Of a DNA stretch of 64,000 nucleotides, positions 1 to 9,238 are shown in pieces. The stretch comes from Mycobacteriales bacterium. Lineage in GTDB: Bacteria; Actinomycetota; Actinomycetes; JAFAQI01. Position 1 is the first letter of the stretch. Each line of letters begins with the position of its first letter. A program made the translations under genes and the position numbers. The notes beneath the pieces were generated by a model. That model did no database searches and had not been told where the DNA came from. It was given only the letters and a program-made list of their open reading frames with translations. Location: assembly GCA_035690365.1 (NCBI GenBank), contig DASSKP010000048.1:10077-74076 (forward strand), in the 5' to 3' direction.

Positions 1-2
1 TC

Positions 3-446
3 GGCGCCGACGCCACGGTCGACTCGGAAGCCCCGGACATGAACGCGGCGCTGCGCGAGGCGAACAACGGCCAGAAGGTCGACGTCGTCCTCGAGATGGT
101 CGGCGGCGCGACGTTCGACGGCAGCCTGCGCGCTCTCGCACCGTTCGGCCGGCTCGCGGTGTTCGGCATGGCGTCGCGGACGCCGCCGACCCCCGTCGCA
201 CCTGGCAGCCTCATGGTCGGCAGCAAAGCCGTCATCGGCTTCTGGCTCGTCGACTGCATGCGCGACCTCGCGATGCTCAACACGCCGATGGCCGAGCTGT
301 TCGAGATGACCGCCGCAGGGACGTTGACTCCCATCGTCGGGCCGGCCTACCCGCTGGCCGACGCGAGACGTGCGCACGAGGACATGCGGGCGCGCGCGAC
401 CACCGGCAAGGTCGTGCTCGACACGGTGGCGGACCGCACCACATGA
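3..446 (+). CDS. Quinone oxidoreductase / MDR zinc-type alcohol dehydrogenase family protein, C-terminal part (5' end outside window)
   Basis: Frame of ORF 39..446 stays open back to base 3 (GADATVDSEAPDMNAALREA...). Strings VDVVLEMVGG, GRLAVFG and GKVVLD are typical of the MDR/QOR C-terminal half. Stop overlaps the next start (ATGA 443-446). Confidence 0.6.
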   Translation, partial: GADATVDSEAPDMNAALREANNGQKVDVVLEMVGGATFDGSLRALAPFGRLAVFGMASRTPPTPVAPGSLMVGSKAVIGFWLVDCMRDLAMLNTPMAELFEMTAAGTLTPIVGPAYPLADARRAHEDMRARATTGKVVLDTVADRTT

Positions 447-1951
447 CGGCTTCGCTCGACCCGGAGTTCACCGACCTCCCGCTCCGCCGGCTCGCCGATG
501 CCGCTCTGTCGCGAGCGAGAGAGCTCGGAGTCGAGCACGCGGACCTGCGCGTCGAGAGAGTGCGCACCGGCACCCTCGGACTGCACGACGCGCAGCTCGA
601 GACCAGCCACGACGACGACGAGCGCGGCATGTGCGTCCGGGTCGTCCACGACGGGACGTGGGGATTCGCCGGCGGGGTCGCGCTCACCACGGACGAGGCT
701 GCAAGACTCGCCGAGGAGGCCGTGGAGCTCGCGCGGACATCGCGAGCCGTCAGCACCGAGCGGGTCGAGCTGGCCGACGAGCCGTCCTACGGCGAGGCAT
801 CGTGGGTATCGTCGTACGACGTCGATCCGTTCGATGTGCCCGCGCCGCAGCGCGTCGAGCTGCTCGCCGACTGGTCGCGCCGGTTGCTCGCGTCGAGTGT
901 CATCGCGCACGCGGACGCGTCGCTGCGGCACGTCCGCGAGAACAAGTACTACGCCGATCTGTCCGGCAGCTCGATCACCCAGCAACGGGTGCGGCTGCAG
1001 TGCCAGCTGACCGGCGTGTGGATCGATGAGCAGAGCGGTCGGTTCGAGTCGATGCGCACGATCGCACCACCGGTCGGTCGTGGCTGGGAGTGGCTGACCG
1101 GCTCGGACCACGACTGGTCCTCGGAGCTGGACGAGCTGCCCGATCTGTTGGCGCAGAAGGCTGCAGCTCCCTCGGTCGAAGCAGGTCGCTACGACCTCGT
1201 CATCCACCCGTCGAACCTCTGGTTGACGATCCACGAGTCGATCGGTCACGCCACGGAGCTCGACCGCGCGCTGGGCTACGAAGCCAACTACGCCGGCACG
1301 TCGTTCGCGACGCCGGACAAGCTCGGCACGCTTCGCTACGGGTCGCCGATCATGCACGTCACCGGGGACCGGCAGGCCGAGCACGGGCTGGCCACCGTCG
1401 GCTGGGACGACGACGGTGTCGCTGCGCAGACGTGGGACCTGGTCCGGAACGGGACACTCGTCGGCTACCAGCTCGACCGCCGCATCGCCGCAGCAGTCGG
1501 GGCGAACAGGTCCAACGGCTGCGCCTTCGCCGACTCACCGCTGCACGTGCCGATCCAGCGCATGGCCAATGTGTCGCTGCAGCCGTCAGTCGACGGTCCG
1601 TCCACTGACGAGCTCATCGCCGGCGTCGACAACGGCATCTACATCGTCGGCGACAAGTCGTGGTCGATCGACATGCAGCGCTACAACTTCCAGTTCACGG
1701 GGCAGCGCTTCTACCGGATCACCAACGGCCGGCTCGACGGTCAGCTGCGCGACGTGGCCTACCAGGCGACGACAACGGACTTCTGGGGCGCGATGGAAGC
1801 GGTCGGTGGTCCGGAGACCTACGTGCTCGGCGGCGCGATCAACTGCGGCAAGGGGCAGCCGGGGCAGACCGCGCCGGTGAGCCACGGCTGCCCGACGGCG
1901 CTGTTTCGCGGCATTCGCATCCTCAACACCGTCGAAGAGGGCGGCGAGTGA
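443..1951 (+). CDS. tldD: TldD-family metalloprotease
   Basis: 502-aa ORF with HESIGHATELD (HExxxH) motif and TldD/PmbA-family length. Coupled to the flanking genes by ATGA and TGATG junctions. Confidence 0.85.
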   Translation: MTASLDPEFTDLPLRRLADAALSRARELGVEHADLRVERVRTGTLGLHDAQLETSHDDDERGMCVRVVHDGTWGFAGGVALTTDEAARLAEEAVELARTSRAVSTERVELADEPSYGEASWVSSYDVDPFDVPAPQRVELLADWSRRLLASSVIAHADASLRHVRENKYYADLSGSSITQQRVRLQCQLTGVWIDEQSGRFESMRTIAPPVGRGWEWLTGSDHDWSSELDELPDLLAQKAAAPSVEAGRYDLVIHPSNLWLTIHESIGHATELDRALGYEANYAGTSFATPDKLGTLRYGSPIMHVTGDRQAEHGLATVGWDDDGVAAQTWDLVRNGTLVGYQLDRRIAAAVGANRSNGCAFADSPLHVPIQRMANVSLQPSVDGPSTDELIAGVDNGIYIVGDKSWSIDMQRYNFQFTGQRFYRITNGRLDGQLRDVAYQATTTDFWGAMEAVGGPETYVLGGAINCGKGQPGQTAPVSHGCPTALFRGIRILNTVEEGGE

Positions 1952-3333
1952 TGCTGACACCACAGGATGCGGTCGAGCGCGCGTTGTCGCTGTCGACCGC
2001 TGACGAGTGCATCGCGATCGCCGGAGTCAGCCACTCCGCCAACGTCCGGTGGGCCAACAACACGCTGACGACGAACGGCGTCGTACACAGCGCAGACCTC
2101 ACCGTCATCAGCATCGTCCGCGACGGCGACACCGTGCGGACCGCGTCGCTGTCGCGGACCGGCGTGAGCGAGGCGGAGATCGCCGACCTCGTCGCGGCCA
2201 GCGCAGCAGCCGCTGCAGAGAGCCCTGCCGCCGCTGATGCCTCCCCGCTGGTCCAGCGTCCGGCCGCCGCCGAATGGGACGCCGGACCGGGAGCGACCTC
2301 CGTGCCGGAGCTCGGACGGCTGGCGGAGCAGCTGTCCGCGGCGTTCGAGCAGGCCCGCAGCCGGGACGAGGGCCGCTACGGCTACGCCGAGCACTCCGTG
2401 TCGACGACCTACGTCGGTTCCACGACCGGCCTGCGCCTGCGCAACCAGCAAGGCGATGGCCGGCTCGAGCTCACCGGACGCTCTGCCGACGGAAGCCGGT
2501 CGGCCTGGGCCGGCGTCGGTTCGGCCGACATCAGCGGTCTCGACGTCGGCCGACTCGAGCACGACGTGCAGCAGCGGCTGGACTGGAGCCGCCGACGGGT
2601 CGATCTCGACGCGGGTCGCTACGCGACGATCCTCCCGCCATCAGCTGTCGCCGACCTGATGATCGACGCCTACTGGTCGATGGGCGCGCTGGATGCGCAC
2701 GAGGGCAGCACCGTCTACTCGAAGGCCGGCGGCGGGACCCGCGTCGGAGAGTCGTTGACCGACCTTCCGCTGACGCTGTCGAGCGACCCGTCGATGCCCG
2801 GCCAGGCCTGCATGCCGTTCGTTGCCGCGGCGGCGTCGAGCCGGCTGTCGTCGGTCTTCGACAACGGGCTCGAGCTGTCGCCGACGTCCTGGATCTCCGA
2901 CGGACGCCTCAACGCCCTCCTGCAGACCCGCCACTCCGCCCGCGTCACCGGGCTCAAGGTGACGCCGTGGATCGACAACCTCGCACTCGAGGCGCCCACG
3001 ACTCACGACGACGTCGACGCGATCGTCGCGCAGACCGAGCGCGGTCTGCTCCTGACGTGCATGTGGTACATCCGCGAGGTCGACCCGCAGACCCTGCTGC
3101 TCACCGGGTTGACTCGCGACGGCGTCTTCCTCGTCGAAGGCGGAGAGGTCGTCGGCGCGGCGAACAACTTCCGCTTCAACGAGAGCCCGATCGGCATGCT
3201 GCGACGCATCACTGCGGTCAGCGCCGCCCAGGACACGTTCGCGCGGGAGTTCGGCGACTACTTCACGCGCACCAGGATGCCCGCGCTGCGCATCGACGAC
3301 TTCAACATGTCGTCGGTGTCGCAGGCCTCTTAG
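1951..3333 (+). CDS. PmbA/TldE-like partner of TldD (no HExxxH motif)
   Basis: In-frame ATG at 1951 overlaps the tldD stop. It is a 460-aa paralog of the preceding gene lacking the metal motif, which is the usual TldD/PmbA pairing. The upstream part of ORF 1660..3333 overlaps tldD and is discarded. Confidence 0.75.
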   Translation: MLTPQDAVERALSLSTADECIAIAGVSHSANVRWANNTLTTNGVVHSADLTVISIVRDGDTVRTASLSRTGVSEAEIADLVAASAAAAAESPAAADASPLVQRPAAAEWDAGPGATSVPELGRLAEQLSAAFEQARSRDEGRYGYAEHSVSTTYVGSTTGLRLRNQQGDGRLELTGRSADGSRSAWAGVGSADISGLDVGRLEHDVQQRLDWSRRRVDLDAGRYATILPPSAVADLMIDAYWSMGALDAHEGSTVYSKAGGGTRVGESLTDLPLTLSSDPSMPGQACMPFVAAAASSRLSSVFDNGLELSPTSWISDGRLNALLQTRHSARVTGLKVTPWIDNLALEAPTTHDDVDAIVAQTERGLLLTCMWYIREVDPQTLLLTGLTRDGVFLVEGGEVVGAANNFRFNESPIGMLRRITAVSAAQDTFAREFGDYFTRTRMPALRIDDFNMSSVSQAS

Positions 3334-3336
3334 CGG

Positions 3337-3561
3337 TCAGGAGCCGGCGGCGCCGTCCTCGATACGGAAGCCGACCTTCATCTGCACCTGGAAGTGCGCG
3401 ACGTCGCCGTCGCTGATCTGACCGCGGATCGACGACACCTCGAACCAGTCGAGGTTGCGCACCGTCTGCGACGCGCGGGACACCCCGTTGCGGATCGCCT
3501 GCTGCAGGCTGTCCGGGCTGGTGCCGACGATCTCGGTGATGCCGTAAGTGTGGTCAGCCAT
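3337..3561 (-). CDS. Dodecin-family flavin-binding protein
   Basis: 74-aa ORF MADHTYGITEIVGTSPDSLQQAIRNG...WFEV...GQI...FQVQMKVGFRIE, the size and pattern of dodecin (DUF1458-like). GAGAGGA lies upstream of the ATG. Confidence 0.7.
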   Translation of the reverse strand: MADHTYGITEIVGTSPDSLQQAIRNGVSRASQTVRNLDWFEVSSIRGQISDGDVAHFQVQMKVGFRIEDGAAGS

Positions 3562-3597
3562 CAGTGGTCCTCTCGTTGAATGCCGAAGAAGCGAGCG

Positions 3598-3852
3598 TCA
3601 CTCGCCGTCGGGCGCGGTGTAACCGTTGGCCAGGGCGGCGACCTTCTCGGCGGCGACGCGTACGTCGTCCGCGCTTCCGCCGGCCTTGCCGGCAGCCAGA
3701 CCGACGAGGAATGCCGCCAACGGCGCGGCGGGCCGGGCCACGTTGTGCGCGACTTCCTTGGTCAGGTCGAGGACGAGGTCGCGGTCGAGCGCCGACTCGT
3801 CGAGGCCGAGCGCCTTGCTCACCGTCCGGGTGAACTCGTCCAGCACGTTCAC
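3598..3852 (-). CDS. Small DUF6457-like protein commonly found beside mobA
   Basis: GTG at 3850-3852 overlaps the mobA stop (GTGA). 84-aa helical protein VNVLDEFTRTVSKALGLDES... with high GC3. The family call is from memory of mobA-adjacent small proteins in actinobacteria. Confidence 0.55.
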   Translation of the reverse strand: MNVLDEFTRTVSKALGLDESALDRDLVLDLTKEVAHNVARPAAPLAAFLVGLAAGKAGGSADDVRVAAEKVAALANGYTAPDGE

Positions 3853-4418
3853 GCAAGCTCCCTTGCTCGCCGCAGGTCTTCCGGAGTGTCGCAGTCGACC
3901 CACGGTGCGGTCGCGCCGGACTCGCCGTCGATGACGAGGCGATCGAACGGCATCCGACCCACGCCGTCACGCAACGATGCTGCGGCCGACCAGTCGACGC
4001 CGCGAAGCAGCGACGTCGGCCATGCACTGCACAGCCACTGCGGCATGTCTTCGCCGTCGACGGGGACCACCCCGGCGTCAGGTTTCGTCGACAGAACCAG
4101 CCGGTCGACGAACTCCGCCGTGAGGAGCGGGAGGTCGCCGGCGAGCAGCACCACCACGTCTCGGCCGACGTGCGGAAGCGCGGCCGCGACAGCCGCTGCG
4201 GGGCCGGCATGCACGGGCTCCTCGCGCACCCACGTCACGGGTCGGGCCGTCGGTCGCTCGTCGCCGACGACGACAACGGCAGCGTCAGGGGCCAGTGCCA
4301 GCAGCACCCGGTCGAGCAACGAAGCACCACCGACCGGCAGCCGCGTCTTGTCGTCGACGCCCATGCGCCGGGACCGGCCGCCGGCCAGGACGACGGCGTC
4401 GTACGACGTCCTCGTCAC
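3849..4418 (-). CDS. mobA: Molybdenum cofactor guanylyltransferase
   Basis: 189-aa 3' part of ORF 3849..5339 starting at GTG 4416-4418. N-terminal AVVLAGGRSRRMG nucleotide-binding motif. GTGA overlap with the moaA stop. Confidence 0.8.
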   Translation of the reverse strand: MTRTSYDAVVLAGGRSRRMGVDDKTRLPVGGASLLDRVLLALAPDAAVVVVGDERPTARPVTWVREEPVHAGPAAAVAAALPHVGRDVVVLLAGDLPLLTAEFVDRLVLSTKPDAGVVPVDGEDMPQWLCSAWPTSLLRGVDWSAAASLRDGVGRMPFDRLVIDGESGATAPWVDCDTPEDLRRARELA

Positions 4419-5404
4419 CCGCCGATCGCGGACATCGGACGGTCGGGCTGGAGGAACGTCGGGTCGTCGATGCCATGGCCGGCGCGCTTGCCGGCGATCG
4501 ATGCGCGGAACCGCGTCGCGAGCTCGGTGTCTGTCGCGCCGGAGCGCAGCGGCCCGCGCAGGTCGGACTCCTCGCGGGCGAACAGGCAGTTGCGGAGCTG
4601 GCCGTCGGCGGTGAGACGCACCCGGTCGCAGGCGGCACAGAACGGCTTCGTGACGCTCGCGATCACGCCCACGGTCGCCGGACCGCCGTCGATGACGAAC
4701 TCCTCGGCGGGCGCGCTGCCGCGTGCCGCGACCGGAGACAACGTGTGCGCGGCACCCAGCGCGTCGAGGATCTCCTCGGCCGTGACCATCTGGTCGCGGT
4801 TCCACCCGTGTTGCGCATCGAGCGGCATCTGCTCGATGAAACGCATCTGGTAGCCACGGTCGACGCAGAACTTCAGGAGGTCGAGTGCCTCGTCGTCGTT
4901 GACGCCGCGCATGAGCACGGCGTTGACCTTGACCGGCACGAGACCGGCCCCCGCCGCGGCGTCGAGACCGGCCAGGACGTCGTCGAGCCGGTCGCGACGG
5001 GTCATCTGCCGGAACCGGTCGTGGCGCAGCGTGTCGAGGCTGACGTTGACCCTGTCGAGACCGGCGGCGGCGAGGTCGCCGGCCAGCCGCCCGAGCCCGA
5101 TGCCGTTGGTCGTGAGAGCCAGCTTGGGCCGCGGCTCGAGGGCGGCCAGCCGGCCGACGATGTCGAGCAGGCCGCGGCGCAGCAGCGGCTCTCCCCCGGT
5201 CAGCCGGACCGACGTGATGCCGAGCTGCGTGACAGCGACGCTGACGAGCCGGACGACCTCGTCGTCGGTCAGCAGGTCGGGTGACGGCAGCCAGTCGAGG
5301 CCCTCGGCCGGCATGCAGTAGGTGCAGCGCAGGTTGCACTTGTCGGTGAGCGAGACCCGCAGATCAGCGTGCACCCGGCCGAAGCGATCGACGAGTGCAC
5401 CCAT
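4415..5404 (-). CDS. moaA: GTP 3',8-cyclase (radical SAM, molybdopterin biosynthesis)
   Basis: 329-aa ORF with CNLRCTYC radical-SAM motif and a C-terminal second cluster region (CAACDRVRLTADGQLRNCLF). Confidence 0.9.
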   Translation of the reverse strand: MGALVDRFGRVHADLRVSLTDKCNLRCTYCMPAEGLDWLPSPDLLTDDEVVRLVSVAVTQLGITSVRLTGGEPLLRRGLLDIVGRLAALEPRPKLALTTNGIGLGRLAGDLAAAGLDRVNVSLDTLRHDRFRQMTRRDRLDDVLAGLDAAAGAGLVPVKVNAVLMRGVNDDEALDLLKFCVDRGYQMRFIEQMPLDAQHGWNRDQMVTAEEILDALGAAHTLSPVAARGSAPAEEFVIDGGPATVGVIASVTKPFCAACDRVRLTADGQLRNCLFAREESDLRGPLRSGATDTELATRFRASIAGKRAGHGIDDPTFLQPDRPMSAIGG

Positions 5405-5413
5405 ATGTCGAGG

Positions 5414-7129
5414 TTAACCCGGTGCGACGACGAAACGCATGCCGTCGGCCAGCCGACGGGTTCTCCGGGCCGCATCGAGGTGCTCCAGGAGCGGGACGGC
5501 AACCCGCCGGGAGACGCCGAGAGCCTGCCGTGCGTCGCTCACCGAGAACGGCGCCGGAAGCTCGCGAAGCCGGCTGACCGCGAGCTCGACGGCAGCCGGA
5601 CCGACGTAGACGGCGCCCGTGAGGTGCAGCAGCTGGCCGCGCCGCACAGCCTCGCCCAGCGCCGCCCGATCGACGGCAGCGATCTCGTCGGCATCCGGGG
5701 CCGCGAGTGGCTCGGCAGTGAGGCGGTCGACGAGCGCTGCGATCTCCGGCGGCTCCTGCCGCAGCTCGCCGGCCGAGCGAACCCGGCCCCCCTCCACCTC
5801 TACGCCGTCCACGTCACCCAGCAGCTCCCGGAGGACGCCGGTCGTCGGAATGCCAAGGGTTCGTCGCAGTGACTCGATCTCGAGGGCACCGCCCTCGACG
5901 GCAGCGGCGACGGCTCGCCGCCACTCCTCCCACCGCGTGTCCGCGACCCACCACCCGTCGACGGAGCGCGAGCGTGCCGGTGGTGCGTCGAACCCACTGC
6001 GGCCGAGCTCATCGGCGGACACAGCGCCGCGCGCGCCGACGACATCATCCGCGGACTGCGGGACCACGAGGCGCTGCCCGAGAGCGGCGCCTTCCCCACG
6101 CCGGCGTAACGGTTGCGGCAACAGGTCGGCGACGTCGGCCGCGACCACCGTGCGCTGCGCGGGGTCGCGGACCAGCAGCCGATCGCCGATGTGGAGCGGT
6201 AGCCGACCGGCGAGATGCAACCGCATCGCGTTCGGCCCGAGTCGCCGGCAGCGAGCAGGCACGGCAGCGGCGCCGACGTGGACGACGACGTCGCGCGGCA
6301 GTGGCGCGGAGTCGCCACAGAGGCAGTCGACGACCTCCGTCGACTGCCAGGTGCCCGGTGTCACGAGCGCCATCCCCCGGGCGACGTCGGCCCGGTCGAC
6401 GCCACGCAGGTTGAGAGCGACGCGGGCCGAGCCCGACACCGAGTCAGTGCGCTGCTTCATCGACTCGAGACCGCGGACCACCACGCGACGGCCGCTCGGC
6501 TCCAGCACGAGCTCGTCGCCCACCAGGACGGTGCCGGCAGGCAGCGTCCCCGTCACGACCGTCCCGGCGCCGCGGATCGTGAAGGCCCGGTCGACCCAGA
6601 GCCGAACCGCTGCGTCGACCGGCGGAGCAGGCAACTGCGCGACCATCGCATCCAGCGCCGCGCGCAGCTCGTCGAGACCCTCGCCCGTGGCGGCCGAGAC
6701 CGCGACGACGGGCGCGCCGGTCATGGTCGTCGTACCGAGTCTCGAAGCGACATCGGCGCCGACGACCTCGGCCGGTCCCCGGTCGCTCTTCGTGATGGCG
6801 ACCACCGCGTGCCGCACCTGGAGGGCATCGGCGATGCGCAGATGTTCCTCGGACTGCGCCTGCCAACCCTCGTCGGCGGCGACGACGAACATCACCGCAG
6901 GCACCGGTCCGACGCCGGCCAGCATGTTGGTCAGGAACCGTTCGTGGCCCGGCACGTCGACGAACGCGACCTCGGCGCCCGACGGCAGGGACGTCCAGGC
7001 GAAGCCGAGGTCGATCGTCATGCCCCGGCGCTTCTCCTCGGCCCAGCGGTCAGGCTCCATGCCGGTGAGGGCGCGGACCAGCGTCGACTTCCCGTGGTCG
7101 ACGTGCCCGGCGGTGGCGAGGACGTGCAT
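5414..7129 (-). CDS. selB: Selenocysteine-specific translation elongation factor
   Basis: ATG at 7127-7129 (MHVLATAGHVDHGKSTL...) with GTPase G1-G4 motifs and a long C-terminal winged-helix-like extension. The ATG shares one base with the selA stop (TGATG). The 69 codons upstream in ORF 5414..7336 overlap selA and are discarded. Confidence 0.9.
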   Translation of the reverse strand: MHVLATAGHVDHGKSTLVRALTGMEPDRWAEEKRRGMTIDLGFAWTSLPSGAEVAFVDVPGHERFLTNMLAGVGPVPAVMFVVAADEGWQAQSEEHLRIADALQVRHAVVAITKSDRGPAEVVGADVASRLGTTTMTGAPVVAVSAATGEGLDELRAALDAMVAQLPAPPVDAAVRLWVDRAFTIRGAGTVVTGTLPAGTVLVGDELVLEPSGRRVVVRGLESMKQRTDSVSGSARVALNLRGVDRADVARGMALVTPGTWQSTEVVDCLCGDSAPLPRDVVVHVGAAAVPARCRRLGPNAMRLHLAGRLPLHIGDRLLVRDPAQRTVVAADVADLLPQPLRRRGEGAALGQRLVVPQSADDVVGARGAVSADELGRSGFDAPPARSRSVDGWWVADTRWEEWRRAVAAAVEGGALEIESLRRTLGIPTTGVLRELLGDVDGVEVEGGRVRSAGELRQEPPEIAALVDRLTAEPLAAPDADEIAAVDRAALGEAVRRGQLLHLTGAVYVGPAAVELAVSRLRELPAPFSVSDARQALGVSRRVAVPLLEHLDAARRTRRLADGMRFVVAPG

Positions 7130-8415
7130 CAGACCGCGAGCACGGCCTTCGTCACGTCGCCGTCGCGGTCGGCCGGCACGCAGCGCAGGTCGAGCAAGCA
7201 CCGGTCGCGTTCGACCCGCGCGACGACGCACGGATCGCCGCGGCGCAGCGCGGCGGCGTACGACGGCGGAAGGCTGATCGCCCAGCCGGGCAGCTCGACC
7301 CCCGGCGCTCCCCCGCCACCGACGAGGCCGGCGCACTCCACCAGTACGACGTCCAGTCCGGCGGCGGTCAGCTCGTCGGCGATCCGCTCCGCCCGAGCAC
7401 GCAGCTCGCCGGCGTCGGCGCGCAGAGCGGCCGACACCGGAGTGGCCGGGCCGACCAACGTCGCCTCGAGCGCGGCGAGCGTGAGCTTGTCGACCCGCAG
7501 TGCCCGGGCGAGCGGGTGGCGCCGTAGACGGTCGACGATGTCGCGCCGACCGAGCAGCAGGCCGGCTTGCGGCCCGCCGAGCAGCTTGTCGCCGCTTGCG
7601 GTCACGAGCGCCGCCCCGGCGCGCAGCGCGGTGGCGGCATCCGGCTCGTCCGGAAGCAGCGGATCTGGACGCAGGAGTCCGGACCCGATGTCGACGACGA
7701 CGGGCACATCGAGCGTCGCCAGGTCGGCGACATCGACGCCGGAGGTGAACCCGCGGACGACGAAGTTGGAGGGATGCACCTTGAGCACGGCACCTGTCTC
7801 GGGGCCGACCGCGTCGGCGTAGTCGCGCAAGGTCGTGCGGTTGGTCGTGCCGACCTCACGCAACCGTGCACCCGTCGACGCGAGAAGGTCCGGCAGCCGG
7901 AACCCGTCGCCGATCTCCACCATCTCTCCGCGGCTGACGACGACCTCGCGTCCGGCCGCGAGGGCTGTCGCCGCGAGCACCAGTGCCGCCGCGCCGTTGT
8001 TGACCACGTGCACCGCTTCGGCGTCCGGCACCGCGGCAGCCAGAGCGTCGAGTGCGGGCCGGCCGCGCTGCGCGCGCTCTCCGGTGTCGACGTCGTACTC
8101 GACGTCGACGTAGCCGGCCGCGGCGGTCAGCGCCTCGACGGCAGCGGGCGACAGCGGCGCGCGACCGAGGTTGGTGTGCACCACGACCCCGGTGGCGTTG
8201 AGGACCGGCCGCAGCGACGTCGCTCGATGCGGAAGCAACGAGACCGCGAGGTCGGCGACGACGTCCGGCGCGACCTCACCGCGACGCGCGGCCTCCTGCG
8301 CGGCTACGACAGCGGCCTTCACGGCATCTCGGCCGAGCCGGTCGAGAGCGCCGCCCAGCCGGGGATCGGCGAGGACCGCGTCGGTGCGAGGGACGTGCCG
8401 TCGCGGGTCGCTCAC
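7129..8415 (-). CDS. selA: L-seryl-tRNA(Sec) selenium transferase
   Basis: 428-aa ORF with GTG start and PLP-lysine region TASGDKLLGGPQAGLL, typical of SelA. Lies directly upstream of selB. Confidence 0.9.
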   Translation of the reverse strand: MSDPRRHVPRTDAVLADPRLGGALDRLGRDAVKAAVVAAQEAARRGEVAPDVVADLAVSLLPHRATSLRPVLNATGVVVHTNLGRAPLSPAAVEALTAAAGYVDVEYDVDTGERAQRGRPALDALAAAVPDAEAVHVVNNGAAALVLAATALAAGREVVVSRGEMVEIGDGFRLPDLLASTGARLREVGTTNRTTLRDYADAVGPETGAVLKVHPSNFVVRGFTSGVDVADLATLDVPVVVDIGSGLLRPDPLLPDEPDAATALRAGAALVTASGDKLLGGPQAGLLLGRRDIVDRLRRHPLARALRVDKLTLAALEATLVGPATPVSAALRADAGELRARAERIADELTAAGLDVVLVECAGLVGGGGAPGVELPGWAISLPPSYAAALRRGDPCVVARVERDRCLLDLRCVPADRDGDVTKAVLAV

Positions 8416-8452
8416 GGTCTCAGCCTAGGCTCGCCCGCGGAGGTGGTCCGCC

Positions 8453-9238
8453 ATGGCAGGACGTCCGCTCGCCGTCGTCACGGGAGCATCGGCCGGCATC
8501 GGTCGAGAGCTTGCGGACATCCTGGCCCGTGAGGGCCACGACCTGGTGCTGGTCGCGCGTCGCGAGGGCGAGCTCAAGACACTTGCCGACGAGCTGCAGC
8601 AGCGGCACCACGCGGAGAGCATCGTCGCCGCTGCCGACCTCTCACAGCCGGACGCGGCCGACCAGGTTGTTGCCGCGATCGGGCCCGACCGGCCGGTGGA
8701 CGTGCTCGTCAACAACGCCGGCTTCGGCGGGCATGGCGCGTTCGCGGACCGGCCGCGCGCGGACGAGCTGCGGATGCTGGCGGTCAACGTCACGGCCCTC
8801 ACCGACCTGACGCGCGTGCTGCTGCCGGGCATGGTCGCCCGCGGCCGCGGCCGGATCCTCAACGTCGGTTCGACAGCCGCCTTCCAGCCGGGACCGTTCA
8901 TGGCGGTCTACTACGCGACAAAGGCCTACGTGCTGTCGTTCTCGCAGGCGATCGCCGAGGAGACCCGTGGGACCGGCGTGACGGTCACCTGCCTGTGCCC
9001 GGGCGTGACGACGACGGAGTTCCAGCAGGTCGCCGGGGTCGAGGACGTGCCGTTGACCAAGGGACCGCTGTCGATGTCCGCGCGCGACGTCGCCGAGGCG
9101 GCCTACGCCGGCATGACGCGCGGAAAGTTGATCGTGATCCCGGGTGTGCACAACAAGATCGGTGCGCAGTCGACGCGGTTCGCGCCGCGCGGGCTGATGC
9201 TCAAGGTCGTCCGGCGGCTGCATCCGGTAGATCACTGA
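8453..9238 (+). CDS. SDR-family oxidoreductase
   Basis: 261 aa with TGASAGIG cofactor motif, NNAG, and YxxxK (YYATKAY). GGAGG lies 7 nt upstream of the ATG. Confidence 0.8.
   Translation: MAGRPLAVVTGASAGIGRELADILAREGHDLVLVARREGELKTLADELQQRHHAESIVAAADLSQPDAADQVVAAIGPDRPVDVLVNNAGFGGHGAFADRPRADELRMLAVNVTALTDLTRVLLPGMVARGRGRILNVGSTAAFQPGPFMAVYYATKAYVLSFSQAIAEETRGTGVTVTCLCPGVTTTEFQQVAGVEDVPLTKGPLSMSARDVAEAAYAGMTRGKLIVIPGVHNKIGAQSTRFAPRGLMLKVVRRLHPVDH

Noticed and set aside
3849-5339. 496-aa ORF on the minus strand spanning mobA and most of moaA
   Set aside because: Only the last 189 codons (from GTG 4418) look like MobA. The Arg/Pro-rich upstream part lies in a different frame of the same strand as the well-supported radical-SAM moaA ORF (4415..5404). 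It is typical of an off-frame open reading frame in GC-rich DNA.
5405-5413. Moco riboswitch in front of moaA
   Set aside because: Only 9 nt separate the selB stop from the moaA start, so there is no room for a riboswitch. moaA appears to be read through from selB.
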